Counted from the first letter of the stretch, positions 31,000 to 45,330 are shown. The stretch is DNA of 64,000 nt from Candidatus Spongiisociaceae bacterium (GCA_965262915.1 OZ253564.1:1376001-1440000), one strand, 5' to 3'. Made by a program: numbers and translations. Notes: a model not told the origin generated them from the sequence alone.

Positions 31000-32435
31000 G
31001 CAGCCCTCTGATCGTGGTCGGGCTGGGGCCGGGAACCCTGGCCCGGACCCCGGCCCATGTCGTCGAGGTGCTGGTGGATCCCACCAACCTGGTGATCCTT
31101 CGTACCGAGCGGCATCCGGCCGCCGCGCAGCTGGCCGCTCGCCGGGAGGTCGTGACCTGCGACGACCTCTACGAAGCGGCCGAAACCTTCGAGGAGGTGT
31201 ACGAGGCCATTGTCGACCGGGTACTCGAGGCTGCGGAGAGAGGTCCGGTCGTCTACGCGGTTCCGGGAAGCCCGCTGTACGGGGAGCGTTCGGTGGCAGG
31301 ACTTCGGGCCCGCTGCCGGGCACGGGGTCGCCCGATCCGGGTTTGGCCGGCGCCTTCGTTCCTCGACGAGGTGTTCGCCAGCCTGGAGATTGATCCCACC
31401 GAGCGGGGCTTCACGGTGCTCGACGGGAGGGACCTTCCCGATCCGCTCATGCTCCACCTGCCGACCGTCATATTCCAGGTCGACACCCCACTGGTACTCG
31501 ACGACGTGGTGGGACGGCTGGGGCGCACCCTCCGTTCCGATACGCCGGTCACGGTGCTGTCCGACCTGGGAACTTCCCGGGCAACGGTGTCCACCTACCC
31601 GATAGGTGCCATACCTCCTGAAGTGGCCGGGCTGCGCACCACCCTCTTCCTCGACCCGCCTGACACCGGCGTGGTGGGGGCGATCAGAGCCATGCGGCGT
31701 CTGCGGAAGGAGTGTCCCTGGGACCGCCGCCAGACCCACGAGTCCCTGACGCCGTACGCGGTGGAGGAGACCTTCGAGTTGCTGGAGGCGATCAGCCACC
31801 TCCCTGCCGGCTCCCCGGCGGTGGAGGAACCGGACTACGTGGCCTATGCCGATGTGGAGGAGGAACTCGGAGATGTGCTGCTCCAGGTGATCTTCCACTC
31901 CAATCTGGCGTCGGAGGTGGGAGCCTTCGGCATCGAGGATGTGGCCGAGACGCTGCTCCGCAAGCTGATCCACCGTCACCCTCACGTGTTCGGCGACCTC
32001 GAAGTGGCCGCCGTCGATGAGGTGATGGCCAACTGGGTGGCGATCAAGGCGGCCGGAAAGCCGCTCGGTTCCCTCATGGACGGGGTTCCCGGGTCGCTGC
32101 CCGGACTCGAACGGGCGATCGAGCTGCAGCGGCGGGCTGCCCGGGTGGGCTTCGACTGGCCGGACGCCCGTTCGGTGGTGGCCGATGTGGAGGAGGAACT
32201 GGAGGAACTGGTCGAGGTCCTCGACAGGCCGGAAGCCGTCCACGAACTTGGAGACCTCCTGTTCGCGGTGGCCAACCTGGCCCGCCATCTGGACATCGAG
32301 CCCGAGATGGCGCTGCGCAGGGCGGTCGGGCGCTTCGAGAGCCGCTTCCGCCGCATGGAGGAACTCGACGATCTCGCATCTGTCGACCTCGACCGGCTGG
32401 ACACCCTATGGGAGCAGGCCAAGAGCGAGGAGTGA
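30996..32435 (+). CDS. mazG: MazG nucleoside triphosphate pyrophosphohydrolase with N-terminal YabN methylase-like domain; start uncertain
   Basis: Motifs IVVGLGPG, LRTERHP, YAVPGSP, CPWDRRQTHESL, EELGDVLLQ, KLIHRHPHVFG and ELGDLLF. Confidence 0.92.
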   Translation: MSSPLIVVGLGPGTLARTPAHVVEVLVDPTNLVILRTERHPAAAQLAARREVVTCDDLYEAAETFEEVYEAIVDRVLEAAERGPVVYAVPGSPLYGERSVAGLRARCRARGRPIRVWPAPSFLDEVFASLEIDPTERGFTVLDGRDLPDPLMLHLPTVIFQVDTPLVLDDVVGRLGRTLRSDTPVTVLSDLGTSRATVSTYPIGAIPPEVAGLRTTLFLDPPDTGVVGAIRAMRRLRKECPWDRRQTHESLTPYAVEETFELLEAISHLPAGSPAVEEPDYVAYADVEEELGDVLLQVIFHSNLASEVGAFGIEDVAETLLRKLIHRHPHVFGDLEVAAVDEVMANWVAIKAAGKPLGSLMDGVPGSLPGLERAIELQRRAARVGFDWPDARSVVADVEEELEELVEVLDRPEAVHELGDLLFAVANLARHLDIEPEMALRRAVGRFESRFRRMEELDDLASVDLDRLDTLWEQAKSEE

Positions 32436-32892
32436 CCCTTCCGGTGGGCCAGGTAGCGGCCCGACCAGGATGCATGCAGAGAAGGCCACCTCCTCCGTCC
32501 CCATCTCCTTCACGTCGCCCCGAGCGATCCACCGGTGCCCTATCGGGCTCCCTCCCCCGCCTCCACCGGTCCGGAGTCAGGTTGCGGATAGGCGCGCAGG
32601 CCGGTCCGTGCCCCAAGGATTCGGTCGTCAGCTCGTACTCATTCCGGTTGGCATCAGGCAGGAATGCGGATGGCGTGCCGGGATGAGATTGGTTGGTTAT
32701 GGCCGCGGTCCGGACCATTGGCTATGTTTGTGTCATGTGGCGTCTGGTTCAATATGCACTGATTCAGGCGTGGGTTCAACCCCCATCGTGCGGTAGGGCC
32801 GGGCGAACCGGTCCATCGAACTTGCTCAACGCCGGGTATGCATCCATCGGGTGAAAGGGAGGTTGCCCGGAATCGGAGGCTTCCCGTGATAG

Positions 32893-34193
<1,301 letters not shown>

Positions 34194-34194
<1 letters not shown>

Positions 34195-34589
34195 TGGCCA
34201 AGACCCGCAAGCGGCGGGGTCTCCTCATCCCGCTTCTCCTGGTGGTCGGGTTGGTGGTGGCGGCCGTGGATGTCTTCCCGGTTCGTCAGCTGATCGCCCT
34301 CAACGGCGAGGCGGAGGTGGTGAGAGCCCGGTTGACGGAGATCGAAGGGGAGAACGCCCGGCTGGAACGGGAGATCCAGGCTCTGTACTCCACGTCCGAG
34401 ATCGAGCGTATCGCCAGGGCCGATTTCGGCTACGTTCGCCCCGGCGAGACCAGCTACGTGGTCATCGTGGAGGAAGCGGAGTCCCTGGAGGAGGAGGCCG
34501 AGCCGGTACCGGAACCGCTTCCCGAGTCGGGCGGATTCTGGGAAGCTCTCTGGGACTACCTGACCGGCCGCGACATCATCGATGGATGA
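34194..34589 (+). CDS. ftsB: Septum formation initiator FtsB/DivIC
   Basis: TM helix, coiled coil and IERIARADFGYVRPGE; follows eno. Confidence 0.85.
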
Positions 34590-35103
34590 CCGCGAGATCG
34601 TCGGAGTACAGATCGGACGCCCTTCACGAGCGGCGATCGAGACGCGGTCCCGCTGCCATCTCTCGCTCCCGGTCGTGGTCCAGGTGCCCCCGGTACTCGA
34701 GGACGGTACTCCCTTCCCCACCCTCTACTGGCTCACCTGCCCCCTGGCGGTCCGGCGCGTCAGCCGGCTCGAGAGCGGGGGCGGCGTCAAGTCGATGGAC
34801 CGACGGGCGGCCCGAGTTCCCGAGTTCAGGGCTGGGTTGGAGGCTGCCCACGCCCGCTACGCCGCCCAGCGAGAGAAGCTGCTGCCGCCGGACGCCGAAC
34901 TCCGCCCCCATGGCGGTGTGGCCGGGGCCGCCGCCGGAGTCAAGTGCCTCCACGCCCACTACGCTGACACCCGGGCCGGCAACCCCAACCCGGTCGGAGA
35001 ACTGGTAGCTCCCTGGGTGGAACCCCTTGACTGCGCGGCTCCGTGCGTGATCGATCGGGACGGCGGAGCCGTCAAGAACCCACAATGGACCGAGCCTCGC
35101 TAG
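34582..35103 (+). CDS. DUF501 family protein
   Basis: Motifs DGTPFPTLYWLTCP and GVKCLHAHYA; conserved actinobacterial synteny. Confidence 0.9.
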   Translation: MDDREIVGVQIGRPSRAAIETRSRCHLSLPVVVQVPPVLEDGTPFPTLYWLTCPLAVRRVSRLESGGGVKSMDRRAARVPEFRAGLEAAHARYAAQREKLLPPDAELRPHGGVAGAAAGVKCLHAHYADTRAGNPNPVGELVAPWVEPLDCAAPCVIDRDGGAVKNPQWTEPR

Positions 35104-35159
35104 CGCCGACCCCCGATTCATTGGCCCCCGGGCCGACCCGATGCGAGAATACGACCACT

Positions 35160-35244
35160 GCCCGGGTGACGGAATTGGTAGTCGTGGCGGACTTAAACTC
35201 CGCTGCCCCTAAGGGGCGTGTGGGTTCGAATCCCACCCCGGGTA
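35160..35244 (+). tRNA. tRNA-Leu(UAA), CCA not encoded
   Basis: Acceptor stem GCCCGGG/CCCGGGT; anticodon arm gcgga-cTTAAac-tccgc; long variable arm gcccc-taa-ggggc; T-loop gttcgaatc. Confidence 0.93.
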
Positions 35245-35442
35245 CTGGGTTCCCAGCGTTTCTGTTGGTTCTTACCTGTTTCAGAACTACTTAAAGGGCC
35301 TGGTCACAGCTATGTTCTGCAAGCTTCCGATCCGCCCGGTGACGGCTGGTCGTGCTGTGTCAAGTGTTCCTTGACTTTCCGCTCCGTTCCGGGTAGTTTC
35401 ATCGTACTGTGGGATATATAGTGGGATACCAGGGAGAGGGAA

Positions 35443-36594
35443 TTGCCGAAGTTGACAGCCGCGTTCGTACGATCAGTCACCAAGGCGGGCAAGTACGGCG
35501 ACCAGCACGGCCTGATCCTCCGCGTCCAGCCGTCGGGTTCCAAGCAGTGGATATGGCGAGGAACGGTGGGAGGGAAGCGACGGGATTTGGGGTTGGGTGG
35601 CTACCCGTACGTGAGTTTGGCCGAAGCACGGGCTAAAGCGTTCGAGTACCGCAAGACGGCCCGGGGGGGCAACGACCCCGCCAGGCTACGCTCAGACGGA
35701 GTGCCGACTTTCTCGACCGCGGCCGAAGCTGTGATCGCCCTGTATGCGGGCAAGTGGAAGCCGGGCGGAAAATCCGAAGGGCAGTGGCGTTCCAGCTTGG
35801 CCACCTACGTTGTGCCGGTGATCGGCTCCAAGGGGGTGGATGAGATCACGACTGCGGATGTTATGGCCTGTTTGGCGCCGATCTGGACCACCAAAGCGGA
35901 GACAGCGAAACGGGTGCGTCAGCGGATCAGCGCGATCATGAAGTGGGCGATTGCTGAGGGTCACCGTTCCGACAACCCGGCAGGCGATGCGGTGGTAGCG
36001 GCGTTGCCGAAACAGAACGGCGGCGGGAAGAAGCATCATCGTGCGTTGCCGCACCGCCAGGTTGGCCACGCGTTGGTGAAGGTGCGGGAGTCTTCTGGGG
36101 TTTGTGCGACGGTTCGGTTGGCGTTCGAGTTTTTGGTGTTAACGGCGGCCCGGTCGGCGGAGGTGAGGGGTACGGTCTGGTCGGAGATAGATCTTGATAC
36201 CGGGACTTGGGTGATTCCTGGTGGGCGGATGAAGGCATCCCGCGAGCACAGGGTTCCTTTGTCGGGGAGGGCGGTTGGGGTGCTGGCCGATGCCCGCCGC
36301 TATTCGGATGGCAGCAGTTGGGTGTTCCCGGCGAAATCGGGTGGGGAGATCCCGTCGTGGGTTCTTACCAAACTGCCTATACGGCTTGGTCTGGGGGGCA
36401 CTTTGCATGGGATGAGAAGCTCGTTTCGGGATTGGTGTGGTGAGACAGGTGTTGCCCGTGAGGTGGCGGAGGCGTGTTTGGCGCATCGGGTGGGCTCAGC
36501 CGCGGAGCAGGCGTACGCTCGGAGTGATTTGTTGGAACGGCGCCGCCGACTCATGGAAGCCTGGGCCCAGTACGTCACCGGCGCCCGAACCTGA
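35443..36594 (+). CDS. P4-type tyrosine integrase of a tRNA-Leu island
   Basis: Arm-binding N-terminus (GKYGDQHGLILRV, LGLGGYPYVSLAEAR); LTAARSAE, HGMRSSFRDW and LAH...AYARSDLL. Confidence 0.95.
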   Translation: MPKLTAAFVRSVTKAGKYGDQHGLILRVQPSGSKQWIWRGTVGGKRRDLGLGGYPYVSLAEARAKAFEYRKTARGGNDPARLRSDGVPTFSTAAEAVIALYAGKWKPGGKSEGQWRSSLATYVVPVIGSKGVDEITTADVMACLAPIWTTKAETAKRVRQRISAIMKWAIAEGHRSDNPAGDAVVAALPKQNGGGKKHHRALPHRQVGHALVKVRESSGVCATVRLAFEFLVLTAARSAEVRGTVWSEIDLDTGTWVIPGGRMKASREHRVPLSGRAVGVLADARRYSDGSSWVFPAKSGGEIPSWVLTKLPIRLGLGGTLHGMRSSFRDWCGETGVAREVAEACLAHRVGSAAEQAYARSDLLERRRRLMEAWAQYVTGART

Positions 36595-36829
36595 CCGGAG
36601 TCTTCGACACCGCCGCTACTGGTGGGTGGCCGCGACTCTGTTGACCCACTTTCCCATGGGTGTGGGAGGTCTGGGAGGACGCTGGCCGGGCCGCATAACT
36701 CAACCCGCTCCAAGGGGATCATCAACGAACGGGGGAGACCATGTCGGGTTGGTGGTCGCAAAGGTATGTCCGCGAACCCTTCCAGCTTCGACCCCGGCCG
36801 GAACCTCCCCGGACACAAGACGTAGGCGG

Positions 36830-36953
36830 CCTCACTGCGTCGCTGGTATCGGACCTGGCCGGGCATAGCAGGGTCGAGACCACCCAGCTATGCAGCCTGC
36901 CAACCGCCGCTGACGAGGCCCGCGTGGTCATAGTCGTCCTCGATTGGCTGTGA
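36830..36953 (+). pseudogene. C-terminal remnant of a tyrosine recombinase related to 54688-55563
   Basis: LVSDLAGHSRVETTQLCSLPTAADEA versus LIAELAGHRRLDTTRRYSLPSDTDRA. Confidence 0.55.
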
Positions 36954-37277
36954 GAACACCGGCAGGAAGCATCGGCCCGTTAGCGCACCGCAACGGACTC
37001 ACCCGGTGAGCGTCGCGCACCCGGTCGGTGGTCTCGCTGCCGGCCGCCCCCGCCGCCGTGGTGGTGGAGGAAGATGGAGCGTTGTCGGTTGTGGTCCCTC
37101 CGGCGACGTTGTAGCCGCTGTGTTGGTGGAGGGGGTGGTCGCCGGGGTGATGCGCAGTTCGCCCTGGGGCGTGTCGACAACGATGGACTCCGGCCTTTCG
37201 GGTGCCGGGTCGCCCGCCCCGCAGGTTGTGAGGGTACACGGCTAGGGCGAGGACGCTCAGCGGCCTCGGCCGGGTGG

Positions 37278-37526
37278 TTAGCTCTCGCAGGCCTCCGTCG
37301 GCGTGGCTGTGTGTGCGGCCCGTCCGGCGTGGAGGTGTTGGCGGACAGTGCGGGGTGTCACTCCCATGACTCGTGCCATGTGCTTGATGGGTATGCCGGC
37401 CTCGTCGGCCCGCACGACGGAGCGGCGGAACTCGGAGGTGGCTGCTTCCACGGCGTGGAGGCAGTCAGCCCGCTTCGACCAGAGTTGCAGCAGTTCTGTC
37501 AGAGCAAGGTTTCTCACTGGATCCAC
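37278..37526 (-). CDS. Small HTH DNA-binding protein
   Basis: ADEAGIPIKHMARVMGVTPRTVRQHL. Confidence 0.5.
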   Translation of the reverse strand: MDPVRNLALTELLQLWSKRADCLHAVEAATSEFRRSVVRADEAGIPIKHMARVMGVTPRTVRQHLHAGRAAHTATPTEACES

Positions 37527-37633
37527 GGCAGTCTCCCCGATCCCCCGAGTACGTCCTGGTGGCGCACCACTATAGGACAGGGCCTCGCCGGGCCGTCAGC
37601 TACTACCTCGGGTGGGGGAACAGCGACGCCCTG

Positions 37634-38296
37634 TTATAGGGACAGCGCGAGGGCGGGGGCCTGGGGGTGGTGGTGGTCGGGGTCGAGCAGCGAAGCGGCT
37701 CCGAGCACCCGCTCTAGCGGCAGCCCGGTGAGGGACGCGGCTGCGGCGGCCAACTCCATCCGGGCGGCCGGGTCTGGTTCGGCGGAGATTATCTGGTGGG
37801 CGGCGGTGAGTTTGCGGCGGCGGGCCTCGAAGCTGCCCGACCCCCGGTAGCCTGCCAGCGTCGACACCAGGCGTGCCTCGGACAGCGGCATCGCTGATCG
37901 GGCGGCGGCCACAGCGGCCTCCCGAGTGAGGCTGGAGGTGTCGACCGCAGGGGTCTGAGCGACGTACAGATCGAGGTGGTGGTCACCGGGGTTGCTGTCG
38001 AGGAGTTGGCGGGTTGCCCCGTCGTCGGGGGTGAGAACCACAGCCCGGTCGCAGTACCTCGACAGGGTGGTCACCTGGTCGGCTGTCATGTGCGGGCCGC
38101 ACGGAGCTACCGTGTTAGCCAGCCCGACCCGGTGGTAGGCGACCACCGTCGGATACCCCGACACCACCACAGCGGTGGCTTGGCGGGCGATCAGCGAGCG
38201 GGCCTGGCCGAACCCGAACAACGCCCGGCCCCCGTGGCGGGGGTGCTCCACAAGATCGGTGGCGTCGCGGACCAGCGCCGCCGCCTCAGAACCCAT
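37634..38296 (-). CDS. Degenerate DnaG-like (TOPRIM) protein
   Basis: LVRDATDLVE, LFGFGQAR, AVVVSGYPTVVAYHRVGLANTVAPCG; RBS ggaagg. Confidence 0.6.
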   Translation of the reverse strand: MGSEAAALVRDATDLVEHPRHGGRALFGFGQARSLIARQATAVVVSGYPTVVAYHRVGLANTVAPCGPHMTADQVTTLSRYCDRAVVLTPDDGATRQLLDSNPGDHHLDLYVAQTPAVDTSSLTREAAVAAARSAMPLSEARLVSTLAGYRGSGSFEARRRKLTAAHQIISAEPDPAARMELAAAAASLTGLPLERVLGAASLLDPDHHHPQAPALALSL

Positions 38297-38364
38297 GCTG
38301 TCTTCCCTTCCGGTGCATGTGATGGCGATCATTGAAATTCCCCACCCTCTGGGGGTTGCTGAGT

Positions 38365-39147
38365 CTAGTGGTGGTCTCCTTTCGGTCGGTGTTTTCGGGC
38401 TTGTGCCTGGTAGGAGCGGAGCCGGTAGCTGTCTCCGGTGATGGTGAACACGACGCTTCTGTGTAGTAGCCGGTCGAGCATGGCTGCGGCGATGGTGCTG
38501 TCTGTGAAGATGTCTCCCCAGGCGGCGACGTTGCGGTTGGTGGTGAGGATGACCGATCCTTTCTGGTATCGCCGTGAGATGACTTGGAACAGGGCGGCGG
38601 CGTCTTGGGATGGCATGGGCAGGTAGCCGAGTTCGTCGATGATGAGCACGGCTGGGCCGGAGAAGAACCTCATGGTGGGGGCCCAGCGGCCTTCGAGGGC
38701 TGCTTTGCGGCATCGGGCTGCGAGGTCAGCTGCGGTGGTGTAGTAGACCCTGTGGCCGCTGTCGACCGCCGCGCGGCCCAGGATGACCGCCAGCATGGTT
38801 TTGCCGACCCCGGGAGGCCCGATGAACAGCACGTTGGTCGCGTCGGCGAGGTAGGCGCCTGCGACGAGTTCCCGCACGAGTTTGGGGTCGATGCTGGGCT
38901 GAGCGGTGAAGTCGAAGTCTTCGAGTTGCCAGGGGGTGGGGAAGTTAGCGAACCGCATCCGGCTGTTCCAGCGGCGGGCCTCGGTGGCTTCGACCTCGAC
39001 CCGCAGCAGTCCCTCGAGGAACTCGGTGTGACCGAGCTGTCTCTGGCGGGCTGCTTCGAGGTGAGCGGGTAGCGCCTCGGCTGTGGCTGCCAGTTTCAGG
39101 TAAGCGAGATGACCGCGGACCTGTTGGTAGATCGAGTCTTTGCTCAT
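38365..39147 (-). CDS. istB: IS21 helper ATPase IstB
   Basis: Motifs FDFTAQP, GPPGVGKT, LIIDELGYLP and AMLDRLLH. Confidence 0.95.
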   Translation of the reverse strand: MSKDSIYQQVRGHLAYLKLAATAEALPAHLEAARQRQLGHTEFLEGLLRVEVEATEARRWNSRMRFANFPTPWQLEDFDFTAQPSIDPKLVRELVAGAYLADATNVLFIGPPGVGKTMLAVILGRAAVDSGHRVYYTTAADLAARCRKAALEGRWAPTMRFFSGPAVLIIDELGYLPMPSQDAAALFQVISRRYQKGSVILTTNRNVAAWGDIFTDSTIAAAMLDRLLHRSVVFTITGDSYRLRSYQAQARKHRPKGDHH

Positions 39148-40455
39148 CGGCGCCTCCGGCCCTGGTTCTGGCGGTCGATATGACGCTGGTAGACCCCGAG
39201 ATCGATCACCGGCTCGCTGTGCACTGGAGTTCCTGCAATGTCGGCAGCGATCGCCCGAGCTGCTGGGGTGGGAGGCCGGTTCGGTTTGGGTTTGGGGGGA
39301 CGATCGGTCGTGAAGGAGGCCAACACGACCTTTTCGAGGGCTTCGGTGTGCTGTGGGAGTCGAACCACCCTGCCTTGGCCTCGGGGAACCTTCCGATGCG
39401 CAGCGACCAGCCGCCCCGAGGCGGAGACCACATCGAAGGTGGGGTCACCAAGACGCCAACGAACGCTAACTTGGGTTCCTATCACCCCCGGTGGCACCGA
39501 ATAACGGTTGCCCCACACCGACACCAGCCCGTTCGCCGCCACTTTTCGGATCAGGGTTCCCTCCGCTGGATACGGCACTGCGGGAAGTGGAAGCAACAGT
39601 TCAGTGTCTGCCAACTCCCCAACGGTGGCCTCAGCCCGCCGGCGGGCGTCGCCCACCGTTGCGCAGAAAACGTCGAGGCTGTCCTGCGCCTGGGCCACGC
39701 TATTGACGTCGGCGGTGCGCCACCAACGCTGGGACAAGTAATGGATAGCTTTCTCGACTACGCCTTTGCGGTTCGGACGCCTCGGTGGGCAGGCGTCGAT
39801 ACCCACCCCGTAGTGTTTCGCTACCCCCACAAACGAAGGCTGTATCCGATCTGTGCCCACAACCAGCACAGTGGCCATCCGATCGACCCGCCACCGCCGC
39901 GCAGTGCCCCCCAAGCGTCGAAGCACCGCGTCGATTCCCTCCACCAGGTGCGGCTGGTCCTGGCTAGCGCTGAGCCACGCCCGGAACCGACCCGAATGGG
40001 ACAGCACACCCACCAGCACAAACACTGTTGATCCCCACGGGGTGTCCCGCAGTTCCAACCAGCACCGACTGGCACTCCTCACCCGCCGGGTGGTCGATGA
40101 TCGCGACCGCCCGGCCCCGAGTTCCCGCACACGCCCCACACGATGGCCGCAACCGGCGGTCACGGATCTTGCGGACGAACGTCACATAGCTCTGCTCATA
40201 GCCCAGGGCAGTCGCTTCGTCGAAAAGCACGGTCGCCCAAAGGTGGGGGTCGTCGGCCAGACGCTGACGAACATAGACCTCGATTACCCCGAACGGGTCC
40301 GGCTCCGCTGCCGCCCGCTGCCCGGGAATCCGTTCTCCCGACAGGTGAGCCCGCACTGTTTTTCGGTCTCTTCCCAGGTGGCGGGCAATAGCCGAGATCG
40401 ACCATCCCCGTCGCCTCAACGCGTGTACTTCCACGAATTCCTCCTGTGCCAACAT
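39144..40455 (-). pseudogene. istA: IS21 transposase IstA, frameshifted near 40070
   Basis: MLAQEEFVEVHALRRRGWSISAIARHLGRDRKTVR in one frame; WLELRDTPW...VDRMATV...RKGVVEK in another. Confidence 0.85.
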
Positions 40456-40633
40456 CAGGGGCGGGACTCCTCTCCTCGCTGCCGGATCTCTCAATCAGCA
40501 GCTTGGAGAGGACCCCACTCAACGTCTGGTATTTGCCATCACAGGGTGGGGAATTTCATTGATCGAAACTGGGGAGTTTCAACGATCGTCAACACATGTG
40601 GGGGGGGGGTTTGTACTCCACCGGGGTGGACGT

Positions 40634-41048
40634 GACAGCGCGACCACACAGCGCGGGTAGCCCCTAACAGCGCGACTAACAGCGCGACTGACAGCGCGTC
40701 TGTCTGTGACCTGGGGTTTCGGCGGGGGCTGCTTCCAGGGGGGTAAGCAGCCCCAAGCCCCGCCGGCGGTGGCCCTCGGGGTCCTGGTGCGGCCCGGTCC
40801 GGCTTCCTTACCCCAGAACCGCACGACCGCCCTGCTGGCGTGCCCCTCGACGGGCGTCTGTCACGCTTCGAGCGCGGAGCGGCCTGGTTGGGTTCTAGCG
40901 GGGTGCGGTCGGCTAAACAGCGCCGTGTCGGGGCGGCAGCGGGCGGTACCCCGCGGGTTGTCGGGGGGAGTCGTGTACCGCAGACAGCGCGTTTACCCGC
41001 CCAAAGGGCGCGACTGACAGCGCGTCTGTCTGTGACCTGGGGTTTCGG
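40634..41048 (+). repeat. Iteron-like ACAGCGCG repeats and a ~40-bp direct repeat
   Basis: ctaacagcgcga-ctaacagcgcga-ctgacagcgcgt (12-bp period); gcgcgactgacagcgcgtctgtctgtgacctggggtttcgg at ~40682 and ~41008. Confidence 0.8.
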
Positions 41049-41653
41049 TGGCGCAGCGGTGGGAACCGGCGGGGGTCGGCCTTGGGGTCCCGGCAGCCGC
41101 CCACCTTGGTGGGGTACTCGTGTACCTCCAGGGTCGTGCGTCTTCGGACACCACCCGCCGACCCCCGGCGTCCCCTCGGGTGGAGGGGCCGCGGGTGGGT
41201 CGGTGCGGCGTGGTCGGAGGGTGAGGTGCCCGTGTTCGGGAGCGGCGAGGCCGGGCGGTGCGGGGTTTCTCTGCTTGGGGGGCGGGGTGCTTTCGGTGTG
41301 GCTGCGTGACGGGTCTGGTATTGGTGGGCTGACCTGGGGGTTTGAACCGCACCGGGTTTTCCGGAGACTCGATTAGTTGGGAGATAATGGAGTCATGGGA
41401 AGACTGATGATGTATTCGCCGGAGGTGCGGGAGCGTGCTGTCCGGTTGGTGTTGGAGCATCGGGGGGAGCACCGCTCGGAGTGGGCGGCTATCTGTTCGA
41501 TAGCGGAGAAGTTCGGCTGTTCGTCTGAGACGCTACGCAAGTGGGTGCGGCGTGCTGAGACGGATCAGGGTCTGCGGCCTGGGTTGACGAGTCCAGAGCG
41601 GAGCGGCTCAGAGCCTTGGAGCGGGAGGTGCGGGAGCTGCGGCGGGCGAATGA

Positions 41654-43788
<2,135 letters not shown>

Positions 43789-44124
43789 CAATATTTGTCC
43801 ATTCGTTACACGAACCGGCTGGCGGAAGCCGGCATCGAGCCATCGGTCGGCTCGGTTGGGGATTCGTACGATAACGCCCTCGCGGAGTCCGTCATTGGTC
43901 TGTACAAGACAGAACTCATCCACAAACGCGCTCCGTGGAAGGACCTCGACCAGGTCGAGTACGCCACCCTCGAATACGTGGACTGGTTCAACCACCGGCG
44001 GCTTCTCGAACCCATCGGAGACATCCCACCAGCAGAGAAGGAGGCCAACTACCATCAACAACAGGAACGAGTCCAGCTAGCTGGACTCAAGTAAAACACT
44101 CTCCGGCAAACCCGGTACGGTTCA

Positions 44125-44445
44125 GGTAGAGCAGCGTTCCGGGCCTGGGAACCTCGGGCTGTTTCTCCCCACGTAACGGCCCCGCCCATCTGCTGGCGTA
44201 CTCTCGACCTCTGAAAGGGACTCGGGGGGCTCGACCGGCCGCCGACAGCGGTTACCCGCCCGATGGTCTCACCAGCGTTGGCGGTCCCGTTTGAGGGGGG
44301 AGTGGAGGCCGCAGTGGTCGGTCGGGTTGTAGATGGATAGGCGCGCCGTGCAGCTGTCGGTGGCGCAGTGGCGGCCGGGGGGATATGTGGGTGGTGGGCG
44401 GCCTTGTTGGGGGCGGGCACTGGTCATAGGGGGTTTCACGGTACG
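44125..44445 (+). repeat. Non-coding modules A'+A, copy 3 (truncated by the IS3 end)
   Basis: Matches 9876-10200. Confidence 0.9.
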
Positions 44446-44451
44446 CGTTTG

Positions 44452-44697
44452 CTATCGCACCGGTTTTGGTGTTCGGTGGCGTCGTGATCTCTCGGCTACT
44501 GCCGTCACCGAGATGGCTACCAGCAGAGTCCCAAGGGTGAGCGGCGCAGTCATGGTGGCGGTCAGTGCCCAGGCCTCGGGTTGCACACCGGCGACTTCTA
44601 CGTTCAGGATCCGGGTAACGGCGACAAACAGGACTAGCAGTGCTAGGAAACCGCCGCCAATAACAGTTACCCGTCTAGTCCAACGGTAACTCGCCAT
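44452..44697 (-). CDS. Small two-TM membrane protein
   Basis: gaggagg RBS; two hydrophobic segments; lies between modules A and D. Confidence 0.6.
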   Translation of the reverse strand: MASYRWTRRVTVIGGGFLALLVLFVAVTRILNVEVAGVQPEAWALTATMTAPLTLGTLLVAISVTAVAERSRRHRTPKPVR

Positions 44698-45174
44698 GAT
44701 ACCTCCTCAACAATCCCACAGTGGGATAGATAACCTAAGCGTACCGGGTATGGGCGCTTACCCGAGGGGAACCCAGACAATCGGACCGAGGGCTGCAAAC
44801 TTAGAACGGCCAAGCTGTATGGGTCGTGGCCGGGTTCTCCCAACCCCCAAATCGGCTTCCGGGCTTTTGGGTCGCGTTGGTTAACGGTTCGGGGGTCGGG
44901 TTCGGGGGTGTTTCCGCCCGAAACTGGCGGCTCGAAAATCATCAGAGGCTGAGGCCGGGTCTGGCCTGGCCCTTCCCCGCTGTCAGCAACGGAGGACCCT
45001 TCCGTGGGAGGGGCTTAGGGGGCAGTTAGGCAGGCTGGGCGTTTCAGGACAGCCAGCGCGCGGGTAGGGAGGCTGTGGGGTGTGTGCCCGGGTGGGGAAA
45101 TCCACCAGTTGAGGAGGTTCCTCGGGTTTGATACCGAGTGCAAAAAACTCACCCCAACTGGTGGAGACATCATT

Positions 45175-45330
45175 ATGCGCGCGCTCGAACCCGAAGTAGT
45201 AAACGTGGTCTGGACAGCGGTCGAGGCTTTGATACCGTCCCGTGAGGACAACCATCCACTCCGATGCCATAACCCACGCATCCCGGACCGTCTCTGTTTG
45301 TGGGGATCCTGGTGCGGCTGGTGACCCGTC
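45175..45330 (+). pseudogene. IS5-family transposase N-terminal fragment
   Basis: MRALEPEVVNVVWTAVEALIP...HPLRCHNPRIPDRLC. Confidence 0.65.

Larger units (their letters stand above)
38320..40594 (-). mobile_element. IS21-family element
   Basis: Ends tgatggcgatcattgaaattcccc and (reverse complement) tgttgacgatcgttgaaactcccc; 4-bp CATG duplication at 38316-38319 and 40595-40598. Confidence 0.92.
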
